Origin: Macrostomum lignano
Taxonomy: Eukaryota
Reading direction: 5' to 3'
Assembly (NCBI GenBank): GCA_002269645.1
Contig: NIVC01002114.1
Span: forward strand, 62,001-126,000
DNA: 64,000 bases
Made by a program: the position numbers and the translations under genes. Each line of letters begins with the position of its first letter. The stretch's first letter is position 1. Below the pieces are notes generated by a model, which saw only the letters and a program-made list of their open reading frames with translations, made no database searches and was not told where the DNA came from. This document shows positions 37,544 to 61,310 of this stretch, piece after piece.

Positions 37544-40500
37544 AAATGGGCAAATCCGGGAAAATCAATCAGGAATTGCCAAGCTGTATCAATAGCCTCA
37601 GCTTTGGGATTCTACACATCATTAGAGTGTGCCAGTCGGTATCAGCCGCAGAAAGAATCGTGTCTCTAGATTAATCCGCTTTCCAGATATTCGAAGGCGG
37701 CGATTCGGGAAAATTCTAATGCATTCAAATGGGCAAATCCGGGAAAATCAATCAGGAATTGCCAAGCTGTATCAGTAGCCTCAGCTTTGGGATTCTACAC
37801 ATCATTAGAGTGTGCCAGTCGGTATCAGCCGCAGAAAGAATCGTGTCTCTAGATTAATCCGCTTTCCAGATATTCGAAGGCGGCGATTCGGGAAAATTCT
37901 AATGCATTCAAATGGGCAAATCCGGGAAAATCAATCAGGAATTGCCAAGCTGTATCAGTAGCCTCAGCTTTGGGATTCTACACATCATTAGAGTGTGCCA
38001 GTCGGTATCAGCCGCAGAAAGAATCGTGTCTCTAGATTAATCCGCTTTCCAGATATTCGAAGGCGGCGATTCGGGAAAATTCTAATGCATTCAAATGGGC
38101 AAATCCGGGAAAATCAATCAGGAATTGCCAAGCTGTATCAGTAGCCTCAGCTTTGGGATTCTACACATCATTAGAGTGTGCCAGTCGGTATCAGCCGCAG
38201 AAAGAATCGTGTCTCTAGATTAATCCGCTTTCCAGATATTCGAAGGCGGCGATTCGGGAAAATTCTAATGCATTCAAATGGGCAAATCCGGGAAAATCAA
38301 TCAGGAATTGCCAAGCTGTATCAGTAGCCTCAGCTTTGGGATTCTACACATCATTAGAGTGTGCCAGTCGGTATCAGCCGCAGAAAGAATCGTGTCTCTA
38401 GATTAATCCGCTTTCCAGATATTCGAAGGCGGCGATTCGGGAAAATTCTAATGCATTCAAATGGGCAAATCCGGGAAAATCAATCAGGAATTGCCAAGCT
38501 GTATCAGTAGCCTCAGCTTTGGGATTCTACACATCATTAGAGTGTGCCAGTCGGTATCAGCCGCAGAAAGAATCGTGTCTCTAGATTAATCCGCTTTCCA
38601 GATATTCGAAGGCGGCGATTCGGGAAAATTCTAATGCATTCAAATGGGCAAATCCGGGAAAATCAATCAGGAATTGCCAAGCTGTATCAGTAGCCTCAGC
38701 TTTGGGATTCTACACATCATTAGAGTGTGCCAGTCGGTATCAGCCGCAGAAAGAATCGTGTCTCTAGATTAATCCGCTTTCCAGATATTCGAAGGCGGCG
38801 ATTCGGGAAAATTCTAATGCATTCAAATGGGCAAATCCGGGAAAATCAATCAGGAATTGCCAAGCTGTATCAGTAGCCTCAGCTTTGGGATTCTACACAT
38901 CATTAGAGTGTGCCAGTCGGTATCAGCCGCAGAAAGAATCGTGTCTCTAGATTAATCCGCTTTCCAGATATTCGAAGGCGGCGATTCGGGAAAATTCTAA
39001 TGCATTCAAATGGGCAAATCCGGGAAAATCAATCAGGAATTGCCAAGCTGTATCAGTAGCCTCAGCTTTGGGATTCTACACATCATTAGAGTGTGCCAGT
39101 CGGTATCAGCCGCAGAAAGAATCGTGTCTCTAGATTAATCCGCTTTCCAGATATTCGAAGGCGGCGATTCGGGAAAATTCTAATGCATTCAAATGGGCAA
39201 ATCCGGGAAAATCAATCAGGAATTGCCAAGCTGTATCAGTAGCCTCAGCTTTGGGATTCTACACATCATTAGAGTGTGCCAGTCGGTATCAGCCGCAGAA
39301 AGAATCGTGTCTCTAGATTAATCCGCTTTCCAGATATTCGAAGGCGGCGATTCGGGAAATTCTAATGCATTCAAATGGGCAAATCCGGGAAAATCAATCA
39401 GGAATTGCCAAGCTGTATCAGTAGCCTCAGCTTTGGGATTCTACACATCATTAGAGTGTGCCAGTCGGTATCAGCCGCAGAAAGAATCGTGTCTCTAGAT
39501 TAATCCGCTTTCCAGATATTCGAAGGCGGCGATTCGGGAAAATTCTAATGCATTCAAATGGGCAAATCCGGGAAAATCAATCAGGAATTGCCAAGCTGTA
39601 TCAGTAGCCTCAGCTTTGGGATTCTACACATCATTAGAGTGTGCCAGTCGGTATCAGCCGCAGAAAGAATCGTGTCTCTAGATTAATCCGCTTTCCAGAT
39701 ATTCGAAGGCGGCGATTCGGGAAAATTCTAATGCATTCAAATGGGCAAATCCGGGAAAATCAATCAGGAATTGCCAAGCTGTATCAGTAGCCTCAGCTTT
39801 GGGATTCTACACATCATTAGAGTGTGCCAGTCGGTATCAGCCGCAGAAAGAATCGTGTCTCTAGATTAATCCGCTTTCCAGATATTCGAAGGCGGCGATT
39901 CGGGAAAATTCTAATGCATTCAAATGGGCAAATCCGGGAAAATCAATCAGGAATTGCCAAGCTGTATCAGTAGCCTCAGCTTTGGGATTCTACACATCAT
40001 TAGAGTGTGCCAGTCGGTATCAGCCGCAGAAAGAATCGTGTCTCTAGATTAATCCGCTTTCCAGATATTCGAAGGCGGCGATTCGGGAAAATTCTAATGC
40101 ATTCAAATGGGCAAATCCGGGAAAATCAATCAGGAATTGCCAAGCTGTATCAGTAGCCTCAGCTTTGGGATTCTACACATCATTAGAGTGTGCCAGTCGG
40201 TATCAGCCGCAGAAAGAATCGTGTCTCTAGATTAATCCGCTTTCCAGATATTCGAAGGCGGCGATTCGGGAAAATTCTAATGCATTCAAATGGGCAAATC
40301 CGGGAAAATCAATCAGGAATTGCCAAGCTGTATCAGTAGCCTCAGCTTTGGGATTCTACACATCATTAGAGTGTGCCAGTCGGTATCAGCCGCAGAAAGA
40401 ATCGTGTCTCTAGATTAATCCGCTTTCCAGATATTCGAAGGCGGCGATTCGGGAAAATTCTAATGCATTCAAATGGGCAAATCCGGGAAAATCAATCAGG

Positions 40501-43500
40501 AATTGCCAAGCTGTATCAGTAGCCTCAGCTTTGGGATTCTACACATCATTAGAGTGTGCCAGTCGGTATCAGCCGCAGAAAGAATCGTGTCTCTAGATTA
40601 ATCCGCTTTCCAGATATTCGAAGGCGGCGATTCGGGAAAATTCTAATGCATTCAAATGGGCAAATCCGGGAAAATCAATCAGGAATTGCCAAGCTGTATC
40701 AGTAGCCTCAGCTTTGGGATTCTACACATCATTAGAGTGTGCCAGTCGGTATCAGCCGCAGAAAGAATCGTGTCTCTAGATTAATCCGCTTTCCAGATAT
40801 TCGAAGGCGGCGATTCGGGAAAATTCTAATGCATTCAAATGGGCAAATCCGGGAAAATCAATCAGGAATTGCCAAGCTGTATCAGTAGCCTCAGCTTTGG
40901 GATTCTACACATCATTAGAGTGTGCCAGTCGGTATCAGCCGCAGAAAGAATCGTGTCTCTAGATTAATCCGCTTTCCAGATATTCGAAGGCGGCGATTCG
41001 GGAAAATTCTAATGCATTCAAATGGGCAAATCCGGGAAAATCAATCAGGAATTGCCAAGCTGTATCAGTAGCCTCAGCTTTGGGATTCTACACATCATTA
41101 GAGTGTGCCAGTCGGTATCAGCCGCAGAAAGAATCGTGTCTCTAGATTAATCCGCTTTCCAGATATTCGAAGGCGGCGATTCGGGAAAATTCTAATGCAT
41201 TCAAATGGGCAAATCCGGGAAAATCAATCAGGAATTGCCAAGCTGTATCAGTAGCCTCAGCTTTGGGATTCTACACATCATTAGAGTGTGCCAGTCGGTA
41301 TCAGCCGCAGAAAGAATCGTGTCTCTAGATTAATCCGCTTTCCAGATATTCGAAGGCGGCGATTCGGGAAAATTCTAATGCATTCAAATGGGCAAATCCG
41401 GGAAAATCAATCAGGAATTGCCAAGCTGTATCAGTAGCCTCAGCTTTGGGATTCTACACATCATTAGAGTGTGCCAGTCGGTATCAGCCGCAGAAAGAAT
41501 CGTGTCTCTAGATTAATCCGCTTTCCAGATATTCGAAGGCGGCGATTCGGGAAAATTCTAATGCATTCAAATGGGCAAATCCGGGAAAATCAATCAGGAA
41601 TTGCCAAGCTGTATCAGTAGCCTCAGCTTTGGGATTCTACACATCATTAGAGTGTGCCAGTCGGTATCAGCCGCAGAAAGAATCGTGTCTCTAGATTAAT
41701 CCGCTTTCCAGATATTCGAAGGCGGCGATTCGGGAAAATTCTAATGCATTCAAATGGGCAAATCCGGGAAAATCAATCAGGAATTGCCAAGCTGTATCAG
41801 TAGCCTCAGCTTTGGGATTCTACACATCATTAGAGTGTGCCAGTCGGTATCAGCCGCAGAAAGAATCGTGTCTCTAGATTAATCCGCTTTCCAGATATTC
41901 GAAGGCGGCGATTCGGGAAAATTCTAATGCATTCAAATGGGCAAATCCGGGAAAATCAATCAGGAATTGCCAAGCTGTATCAGTAGCCTCAGCTTTGGGA
42001 TTCTACACATCATTAGAGTGTGCCAGTCGGTATCAGCCGCAGAAAGAATCGTGTCTCTAGATTAATCCGCTTTCCAGATATTCGAAGGCGGCGATTCGGG
42101 AAAATTCTAATGCATTCAAATGGGCAAATCCGGGAAAATCAATCAGGAATTGCCAAGCTGTATCAGTAGCCTCAGCTTTGGGATTCTACACATCATTAGA
42201 GTGTGCCAGTCGGTATCAGCCGCAGAAAGAATCGTGTCTCTAGATTAATCCGCTTTCCAGATATTCGAAGGCGGCGATTCGGGAAAATTCTAATGCATTC
42301 AAATGGGCAAATCCGGGAAAATCAATCAGGAATTGCCAAGCTGTATCAGTAGCCTCAGCTTTGGGATTCTACACATCATTAGAGTGTGCCAGTCGGTATC
42401 AGCCGCAGAAAGAATCGTGTCTCTAGATTAATCCGCTTTCCAGATATTCGAAGGCGGCGATTCGGGAAAATTCTAATGCATTCAAATGGGCAAATCCGGG
42501 AAAATCAATCAGGAATTGCCAAGCTGTATCAGTAGCCTCAGCTTTGGGATTCTACACATCATTAGAGTGTGCCAGTCGGTATCAGCCGCAGAAAGAATCG
42601 TGTCTCTAGATTAATCCGCTTTCCAGATATTCGAAGGCGGCGATTCGGGAAAATTCTAATGCATTCAAATGGGCAAATCCGGGAAAATCAATCAGGAATT
42701 GCCAAGCTGTATCAGTAGCCTCAGCTTTGGGATTCTACACATCATTAGAGTGTGCCAGTCGGTATCAGCCGCAGAAAGAATCGTGTCTCTAGATTAATCC
42801 GCTTTCCAGATATTCGAAGGCGGCGATTCGGGAAAATTCTAATGCATTCAAATGGGCAAATCCGGGAAAATCAATCAGGAATTGCCAAGCTGTATCAGTA
42901 GCCTCAGCTTTGGGATTCTACACATCATTAGAGTGTGCCAGTCGGTATCAGCCGCAGAAAGAATCGTGTCTCTAGATTAATCCGCTTTCCAGATATTCGA
43001 AGGCGGCGATTCGGGAAAATTCTAATGCATTCAAATGGGCAAATCCGGGAAAATCAATCAGGAATTGCCAAGCTGTATCAGTAGCCTCAGCTTTGGGATT
43101 CTACACATCATTAGAGTGTGCCAGTCGGTATCAGCCGCAGAAAGAATCGTGTCTCTAGATTAATCCGCTTTCCAGATATTCGAAGGCGGCGATTCGGGAA
43201 AATTCTAATGCATTCAAATGGGCAAATCCGGGAAAATCAATCAGGAATTGCCAAGCTGTATCAGTAGCCTCAGCTTTGGGATTCTACACATCATTAGAGT
43301 GTGCCAGTCGGTATCAGCCGCAGAAAGAATCGTGTCTCTAGATTAATCCGCTTTCCAGATATTCGAAGGCGGCGATTCGGGAAAATTCTAATGCATTCAA
43401 ATGGGCAAATCCGGGAAAATCAATCAGGAATTGCCAAGCTGTATCAGTAGCCTCAGCTTTGGGATTCTACACATCATTAGAGTGTGCCAGTCGGTATCAG

Positions 43501-46500
43501 CCGCAGAAAGAATCGTGTCTCTAGATTAATCCGCTTTCCAGATATTCGAAGGCGGCGATTCGGGAAAATTCTAATGCATTCAAATGGGCAAATCCGGGAA
43601 AATCAATCAGGAATTGCCAAGCTGTATCAGTAGCCTCAGCTTTGGGATTCTACACATCATTAGAGTGTGCCAGTCGGTATCAGCCGCAGAAAGAATCGTG
43701 TCTCTAGATTAATCCGCTTTCCAGATATTCGAAGGCGGCGATTCGGGAAAATTCTAATGCATTCAAATGGGCAAATCCGGGAAAATCAATCAGGAATTGC
43801 CAAGCTGTATCAGTAGCCTCAGCTTTGGGATTCTACACATCATTAGAGTGTGCCAGTCGGTATCAGCCGCAGAAAGAATCGTGTCTCTAGATTAATCCGC
43901 TTTCCAGATATTCGAAGGCGGCGATTCGGGAAAATTCTAATGCATTCAAATGGGCAAATCCGGGAAAATCAATCAGGAATTGCCAAGCTGTATCAGTAGC
44001 CTCAGCTTTGGGATTCTACACATCATTAGAGTGTGCCAGTCGGTATCAGCCGCAGAAAGAATCGTGTCTCTAGATTAATCCGCTTTCCAGATATTCGAAG
44101 GCGGCGATTCGGGAAAATTCTAATGCATTCAAATGGGCAAATCCGGGAAAATCAATCAGGAATTGCCAAGCTGTATCAGTAGCCTCAGCTTTGGGATTCT
44201 ACACATCATTAGAGTGTGCCAGTCGGTATCAGCCGCAGAAAGAATCGTGTCTCTAGATTAATCCGCTTTCCAGATATTCGAAGGCGGCGATTCGGGAAAA
44301 TTCTAATGCATTCAAATGGGCAAATCCGGGAAAATCAATCAGGAATTGCCAAGCTGTATCAGTAGCCTCAGCTTTGGGATTCTACACATCATTAGAGTGT
44401 GCCAGTCGGTATCAGCCGCAGAAAGAATCGTGTCTCTAGATTAATCCGCTTTCCAGATATTCGAAGGCGGCGATTCGGGAAAATTCTAATGCATTCAAAT
44501 GGGCAAATCCGGGAAAATCAATCAGGAATTGCCAAGCTGTATCAGTAGCCTCAGCTTTGGGATTCTACACATCATTAGAGTGTGCCAGTCGGTATCAGCC
44601 GCAGAAAGAATCGTGTCTCTAGATTAATCCGCTTTCCAGATATTCGAAGGCGGCGATTCGGGAAAATTCTAATGCATTCAAATGGGCAAATCCGGGAAAA
44701 TCAATCAGGAATTGCCAAGCTGTATCAGTAGCCTCAGCTTTGGGATTCTACACATCATTAGAGTGTGCCAGTCGGTATCAGCCGCAGAAAGAATCGTGTC
44801 TCTAGATTAATCCGCTTTCCAGATATTCGAAGGCGGCGATTCGGGAAAATTCTAATGCATTCAAATGGGCAAATCCGGGAAAATCAATCAGGAATTGCCA
44901 AGCTGTATCAGTAGCCTCAGCTTTGGGATTCTACACATCATTAGAGTGTGCCAGTCGGTATCAGCCGCAGAAAGAATCGTGTCTCTAGATTAATCCGCTT
45001 TCCAGATATTCGAAGGCGGCGATTCGGGAAAATTCTAATGCATTCAAATGGGCAAATCCGGGAAAATCAATCAGGAATTGCCAAGCTGTATCAGTAGCCT
45101 CAGCTTTGGGATTCTACACATCATTAGAGTGTGCCAGTCGGTATCAGCCGCAGAAAGAATCGTGTCTCTAGATTAATCCGCTTTCCAGATATTCGAAGGC
45201 GGCGATTCGGGAAAATTCTAATGCATTCAAATGGGCAAATCCGGGAAAATCAATCAGGAATTGCCAAGCTGTATCAGTAGCCTCAGCTTTGGGATTCTAC
45301 ACATCATTAGAGTGTGCCAGTCGGTATCAGCCGCAGAAAGAATCGTGTCTCTAGATTAATCCGCTTTCCAGATATTCGAAGGCGGCGATTCGGGAAAATT
45401 CTAATGCATTCAAATGGGCAAATCCGGGAAAATCAATCAGGAATTGCCAAGCTGTATCAGTAGCCTCAGCTTTGGGATTCTACACATCATTAGAGTGTGC
45501 CAGTCGGTATCAGCCGCAGAAAGAATCGTGTCTCTAGATTAATCCGCTTTCCAGATATTCGAAGGCGGCGATTCGGGAAAATTCTAATGCATTCAAATGG
45601 GCAAATCCGGGAAAATCAATCAGGAATTGCCAAGCTGTATCAGTAGCCTCAGCTTTGGGATTCTACACATCATTAGAGTGTGCCAGTCGGTATCAGCCGC
45701 AGAAAGAATCGTGTCTCTAGATTAATCCGCTTTCCAGATATTCGAAGGCGGCGATTCGGGAAAATTCTAATGCATTCAAATGGGCAAATCCGGGAAAATC
45801 AATCAGGAATTGCCAAGCTGTATCAGTAGCCTCAGCTTTGGGATTCTACACATCATTAGAGTGTGCCAGTCGGTATCAGCCGCAGAAAGAATCGTGTCTC
45901 TAGATTAATCCGCTTTCCAGATATTCGAAGGCGGCGATTCGGGAAAATTCTAATGCATTCAAATGGGCAAATCCGGGAAAATCAATCAGGAATTGCCAAG
46001 CTGTATCAGTAGCCTCAGCTTTGGGATTCTACACATCATTAGAGTGTGCCAGTCGGTATCAGCCGCAGAAAGAATCGTGTCTCTAGATTAATCCGCTTTC
46101 CAGATATTCGAAGGCGGCGATTCGGGAAAATTCTAATGCATTCAAATGGGCAAATCCGGGAAAATCAATCAGGAATTGCCAAGCTGTATCAGTAGCCTCA
46201 GCTTTGGGATTCTACACATCATTAGAGTGTGCCAGTCGGTATCAGCCGCAGAAAGAATCGTGTCTCTAGATTAATCCGCTTTCCAGATATTCGAAGGCGG
46301 CGATTCGGGAAAATTCTAATGCATTCAAATGGGCAAATCCGGGAAAATCAATCAGGAATTGCCAAGCTGTATCAGTAGCCTCAGCTTTGGGATTCTACAC
46401 ATCATTAGAGTGTGCCAGTCGGTATCAGCCGCAGAAAGAATCGTGTCTCTAGATTAATCCGCTTTCCAGATATTCGAAGGCGGCGATTCGGGAAATTCTA

Positions 46501-47033
46501 ATGCATTCAAATGGGCAAATCCGGGAAAATCAATCAGGAATTGCCAAGCTGTATCAGTAGCCTCAGCTTTGGGATTCTACACATCATTAGAGTGTGCCAG
46601 TCGGTATCAGCCGCAGAAAGAATCGTGTCTCTAGATTAATCCGCTTTCCAGATATTCGAAGGCGGCGATTCGGGAAAATTCTAATGCATTCAAATGGGCA
46701 AATCCGGGAAAATCAATCAGGAATTGCCAAGCTGTATCAGTAGCCTCAGCTTTGGGATTCTACACATCATTAGAGTGTGCCAGTCGGTATCAGCCGCAGA
46801 AAGAATCGTGTCTCTAGATTAATCCGCTTTCCAGATATTCGAAGGCGGCGATTCGGGAATATTCTAATGCATTCAAATGGGCAAATCCGGGAAAATCAAT
46901 CAGGAATTGCCAAGCTGTATCAGTAGCCTCAGCTTTGGGATTCTACACATCATTAGAGTGTGCCAGTCGGTATCAGCCGCAGAAAGAATCGTGTCTCTAG
47001 ATTAATCCGCTTTCCAGATATTCGAAGGCGGCG
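37544..47033. repeat. 183-bp satellite array, about 52 near-identical copies (9.5 kb)
   Basis: TTCCAGATAT recurs at 37681, 37864 and 38047 (period 183). Only a few variants seen (first copy A/G, 1-bp deletions near 39360 and 46493, A>T at 46860). Confidence 0.99.
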
Positions 47034-49939
47034 TTTTGGGATGACGTGACGAACGACGAGGACGAGGACCAGTACTCATTTTTAATTGAGAATGAGAAAT
47101 TCTATTTTACAGAAAGGAACGAATGGATGCTCTACTGCACTTAGAAGATCACGAAAGCACCCTTACAAATATAAAGGAAGTGGTTTATATTGCTTTGAAA
47201 GACAGACTTAATGCTGTAATTGGTTAGAAGGATAGGAAATATAGGAAAAATATTAGTGCATGGAGTTTACAGTATACACACACCTTTTGACTGTCAACTG
47301 TCACCCCACCGTGTCATTCTTTCTCTGTTGCGGTTTGGTGGGGGAGGCTGTCAGTGTTCTCTCAATTGGCCGCGCTTTAACCAATGGGAACAAATATTCT
47401 ATAGAATTCCAGAACGATTCCATGGAAAAATCGTCTTTCCGTGAACCCAACTGTATTCTACAACTAATTGAGTAATCGGGTGTGATTTTCCAGTGGGTTA
47501 TATTGATGCTTTCAAACGAATACTCTTTAGGACCTTACTGTCAGTAGTAGCTAACTACAACGGGCAACCATATTATACATGTATGAATACGTTTTTCACC
47601 CGACCATCAAAATCAAAATCAAAATATAAAGTTATTCGGCGCCTTCAGCAAACTGGAAACTAAGCTCATAATTAATAGTACGTGTAATGTAACTTATAAC
47701 AGAAATATCTGATTCATTGTAATTGCCATCAGCTCAGCTATAGCTGCCTGTACGCTCGTACATGTAGCAGAAAAACAGTTTCAGCTTCCGTATCGTCGTC
47801 CAGCGAATTTATTTTTTCATCTTATCTTCGAGCTACATGTACAAAAAGCTTTGCATAATTAGTACAAGCGGGAACAGATTATCGTCTATTTTGTACAGGT
47901 ATACAAACATGCGTATGATGCTACTAAAAGTAAATGTGCCGCAAATGTGCGGTATTTTCCTTCGTTGAATGTCCCACATTGTTCCAACGTTTTTTCAACA
48001 GCCCATACGACTATTCACTTTGCCCAAATATCCTTTTCGTTGGACGAACGTTTTTTGGCAGCCCGGGAGAGGTATAGGCGCCCTGAAATAATGCTCTCGA
48101 TGCAGGCTCAGAGCACACACAGGGAACAGAATTTGAGAACAAGACAAACAAAACCAAACCAACTTTATGGCTCTCTCCCTTTCTACCAGCTTTCTCAGTT
48201 CTCGCGCCTGTTCAAATCTGGTATGCGAGAGGGGTGAGGTCTGCATGCGGTCGAGACAGGACCTGCTGCTCGTCATTCTCTGTAGCATCTCGCATCAGCA
48301 TCCTCTCCTCACACAGATCCCCAAATTTCTAATGGCATTCCCTCATCTGTCTAAGCGGCTCAAGCTACATTGTAAAGCATCCGGTTTAAGGCGGGCTGGG
48401 GTTAGCTGCATGTAGGCAGGCGAGAGGGCTAGAGGGGGTTAAAACCAGGCCACCAGCTGCCGCGCCGCTAAGTCCTGGAGCAGCAATGCGGAAAGGCAGA
48501 CGCCGCCAACTCATTTCACACGCTTTGCTGAACTCAAACACGCGCACAAACATGCTTAAGCAGGAATAGCAATCCCTCTATTTTCTTTATTATTGCATTT
48601 ACATTTTTTGTGTTTTTTTTCTTGCAGACAGCTATTCTTTAACCGTTTGGATGCATGAGTGTGAGAATGCGATTGTAGGAATTACTGCATCGGACTACAT
48701 TTCTTCAGATTAGTCTTTCACTCAAGCTGTCTCACTCTTAGAAGCATTGCTAAATAAACCCCAACTGCACGTTTGCAACAAGTCCAATCAGGAATTACAC
48801 AATTAAAGAAATTTCCGTTGTGGGGGATCTACGGACAGTTGCTTCAATTTTGACTCCCGATGACAATTGACTTCTACTATTCAAAACCACCGATCAATAT
48901 TCAAAATATTTTGACAGTCATCCAATGGCGGAATACCTTAACGAAGCATTGTAACTTGTAAGCGTCATCTATGTGCTTGTGTATTCGAAACACTTACAGA
49001 ATAATCGGTAATTATACTCGAAAAGTATCGACGAGGAACTTCCGAAAAAGTTCGACGTAAAAGCAGCCGCTCTCGGAGAAAAGTCAATCTAATCTTTTCC
49101 TCTTTTGAAGATGCGTATCGATCGGATTCATCCTGCAGACTGCTCAATAATTGTCGACCAAGTTCTACCCTTCCTGCCCCAGTTCGATAAAGCCGTTGAA
49201 TGCACTAGCAGCAGGACAATCCGATGGTGAATTCGAAGCTTGATCGTAGCAAGAAGTTTTCGGATGCAAATTTTCCTGGACGGAAATCGGTTTCTTCCAC
49301 TCTCGCACGCATCGAGTAGCGGGAAGATTAATTCATCAAACTGTGCTGTGGAGGAAGCCGTCAGATCGGGGTTGATGGCTTCGGTTAGCAACTGTATATA
49401 TATATAGCTTGCTGGCTAGAACTGCTACCAACAAGACGATTTCTCGTCAGTCTTTTTCCGTTAGCAACTTAAGTCAGAATCTCAATAGTAGAATCTCCCG
49501 GCGTCCCCGACTTAAGCAGATGGATTAGCCATCCATTGGAGCGAGAAATTTTCTGCAGCAAGCAGGGGAATCGGACACGACGGAAAAGGATCACGGATGC
49601 CGCCGGGACGAAAGCGTATTGACGCAGACAGATAGAGCGTAATCCTGAGCTGAGCTGATTCTTGAGCAACTCTTGCTTTCGCATGTAGCTATAACCGAGG
49701 GGTTAAATTGAGGACAGACAAGCTAGGAGGGGATTAGAGATTTGGATTTCTAAGACTAGTTTTAAGCTATCTGTTTGTTGCAATCTTGATAAAAAGCGGA
49801 TAGCAGGGGATTTTGTACAAATTCATCAAGTTATTCACGATCCACATTAAATATCGGATAGTGAGGCTTGTTGTATGCCTGCGTTTAACTGCAATAATCA
49901 CTGTCTATAGTACGGTTTTCAAACATAATTTAACATTAT

Positions 49940-49952
49940 TTTATACCGACAG
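49940..49952 (+). promoter_or_regulatory. 3' splice acceptor 9 nt upstream of the protocadherin ATG
   Basis: TTATTTTATACCGACAG|AGTTAAGACATG, with AG at 49951-49952. Confidence 0.55.
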
Positions 49953-49961
49953 AGTTAAGAC

Positions 49962-60932
<10,971 letters not shown>

Positions 60933-61036
60933 GCCGCAAGTACTGAAATGTGGCGCCCCAGCCCCAAGCCAGACCGATAAACAGTTTGGCTTTCCTCTTG
61001 ACGGCTTGTGTCTGACTTAGGCCTTTTTCCTTCGGT

Positions 61037-61225
61037 TCTCTCATTGGCTGAGCCAGATTGGACCTGCCCCCTAGGCCGAGTTTCGTCTGTCTGACTTTGC
61101 TCTCTCTCTCTGTCTCTCTCTCTCTCTGTCTCTTTCTGTCTCTCTCTCTCTCTCCTTACTGCTCTCTCATTGGCTGAGCTAGATTGGGCCTGCCCCCCTA
61201 GGCCGAGTTTCGTCTGTCTGACTTT

Positions 61226-61262
<37 letters not shown>

Positions 61263-61310
61263 GTCTGTCTCTCTCTCACTCTCTCTCTCTCACTGCTCTC
61301 TGAGTTTCGT
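61037..61310. repeat. 126-bp direct duplication with (CT)n tracts, downstream of the protocadherin stop
   Basis: TCTCTCATTGGCTGAGC...CCTAGGCCGAGTTTCGTCTGTCTGACTTTGC at 61037 and 61163. Confidence 0.85.

Noticed and set aside
37544-47033. Possible CRISPR array or 5S/snRNA tandem gene cluster
   Set aside because: No unique spacers and no cas genes in a eukaryotic context. I recognise no 5S, U-snRNA or SL RNA sequence, and no hammerhead core (CTGANGA...GAAA), in the unit.
47947-48237. ORF with ERFLAARERYRRPEIML, faintly actin/ARP-like
   Set aside because: Only a few matching residues, no other actin motifs and no convincing splice context.
48965-49684. Short minus-strand ORFs upstream of the protocadherin, and similar 60-140-aa ORFs at 51534-52073 and 61825-63051
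   Set aside because: No recognisable motifs or consistent exon chain; treated as non-coding.
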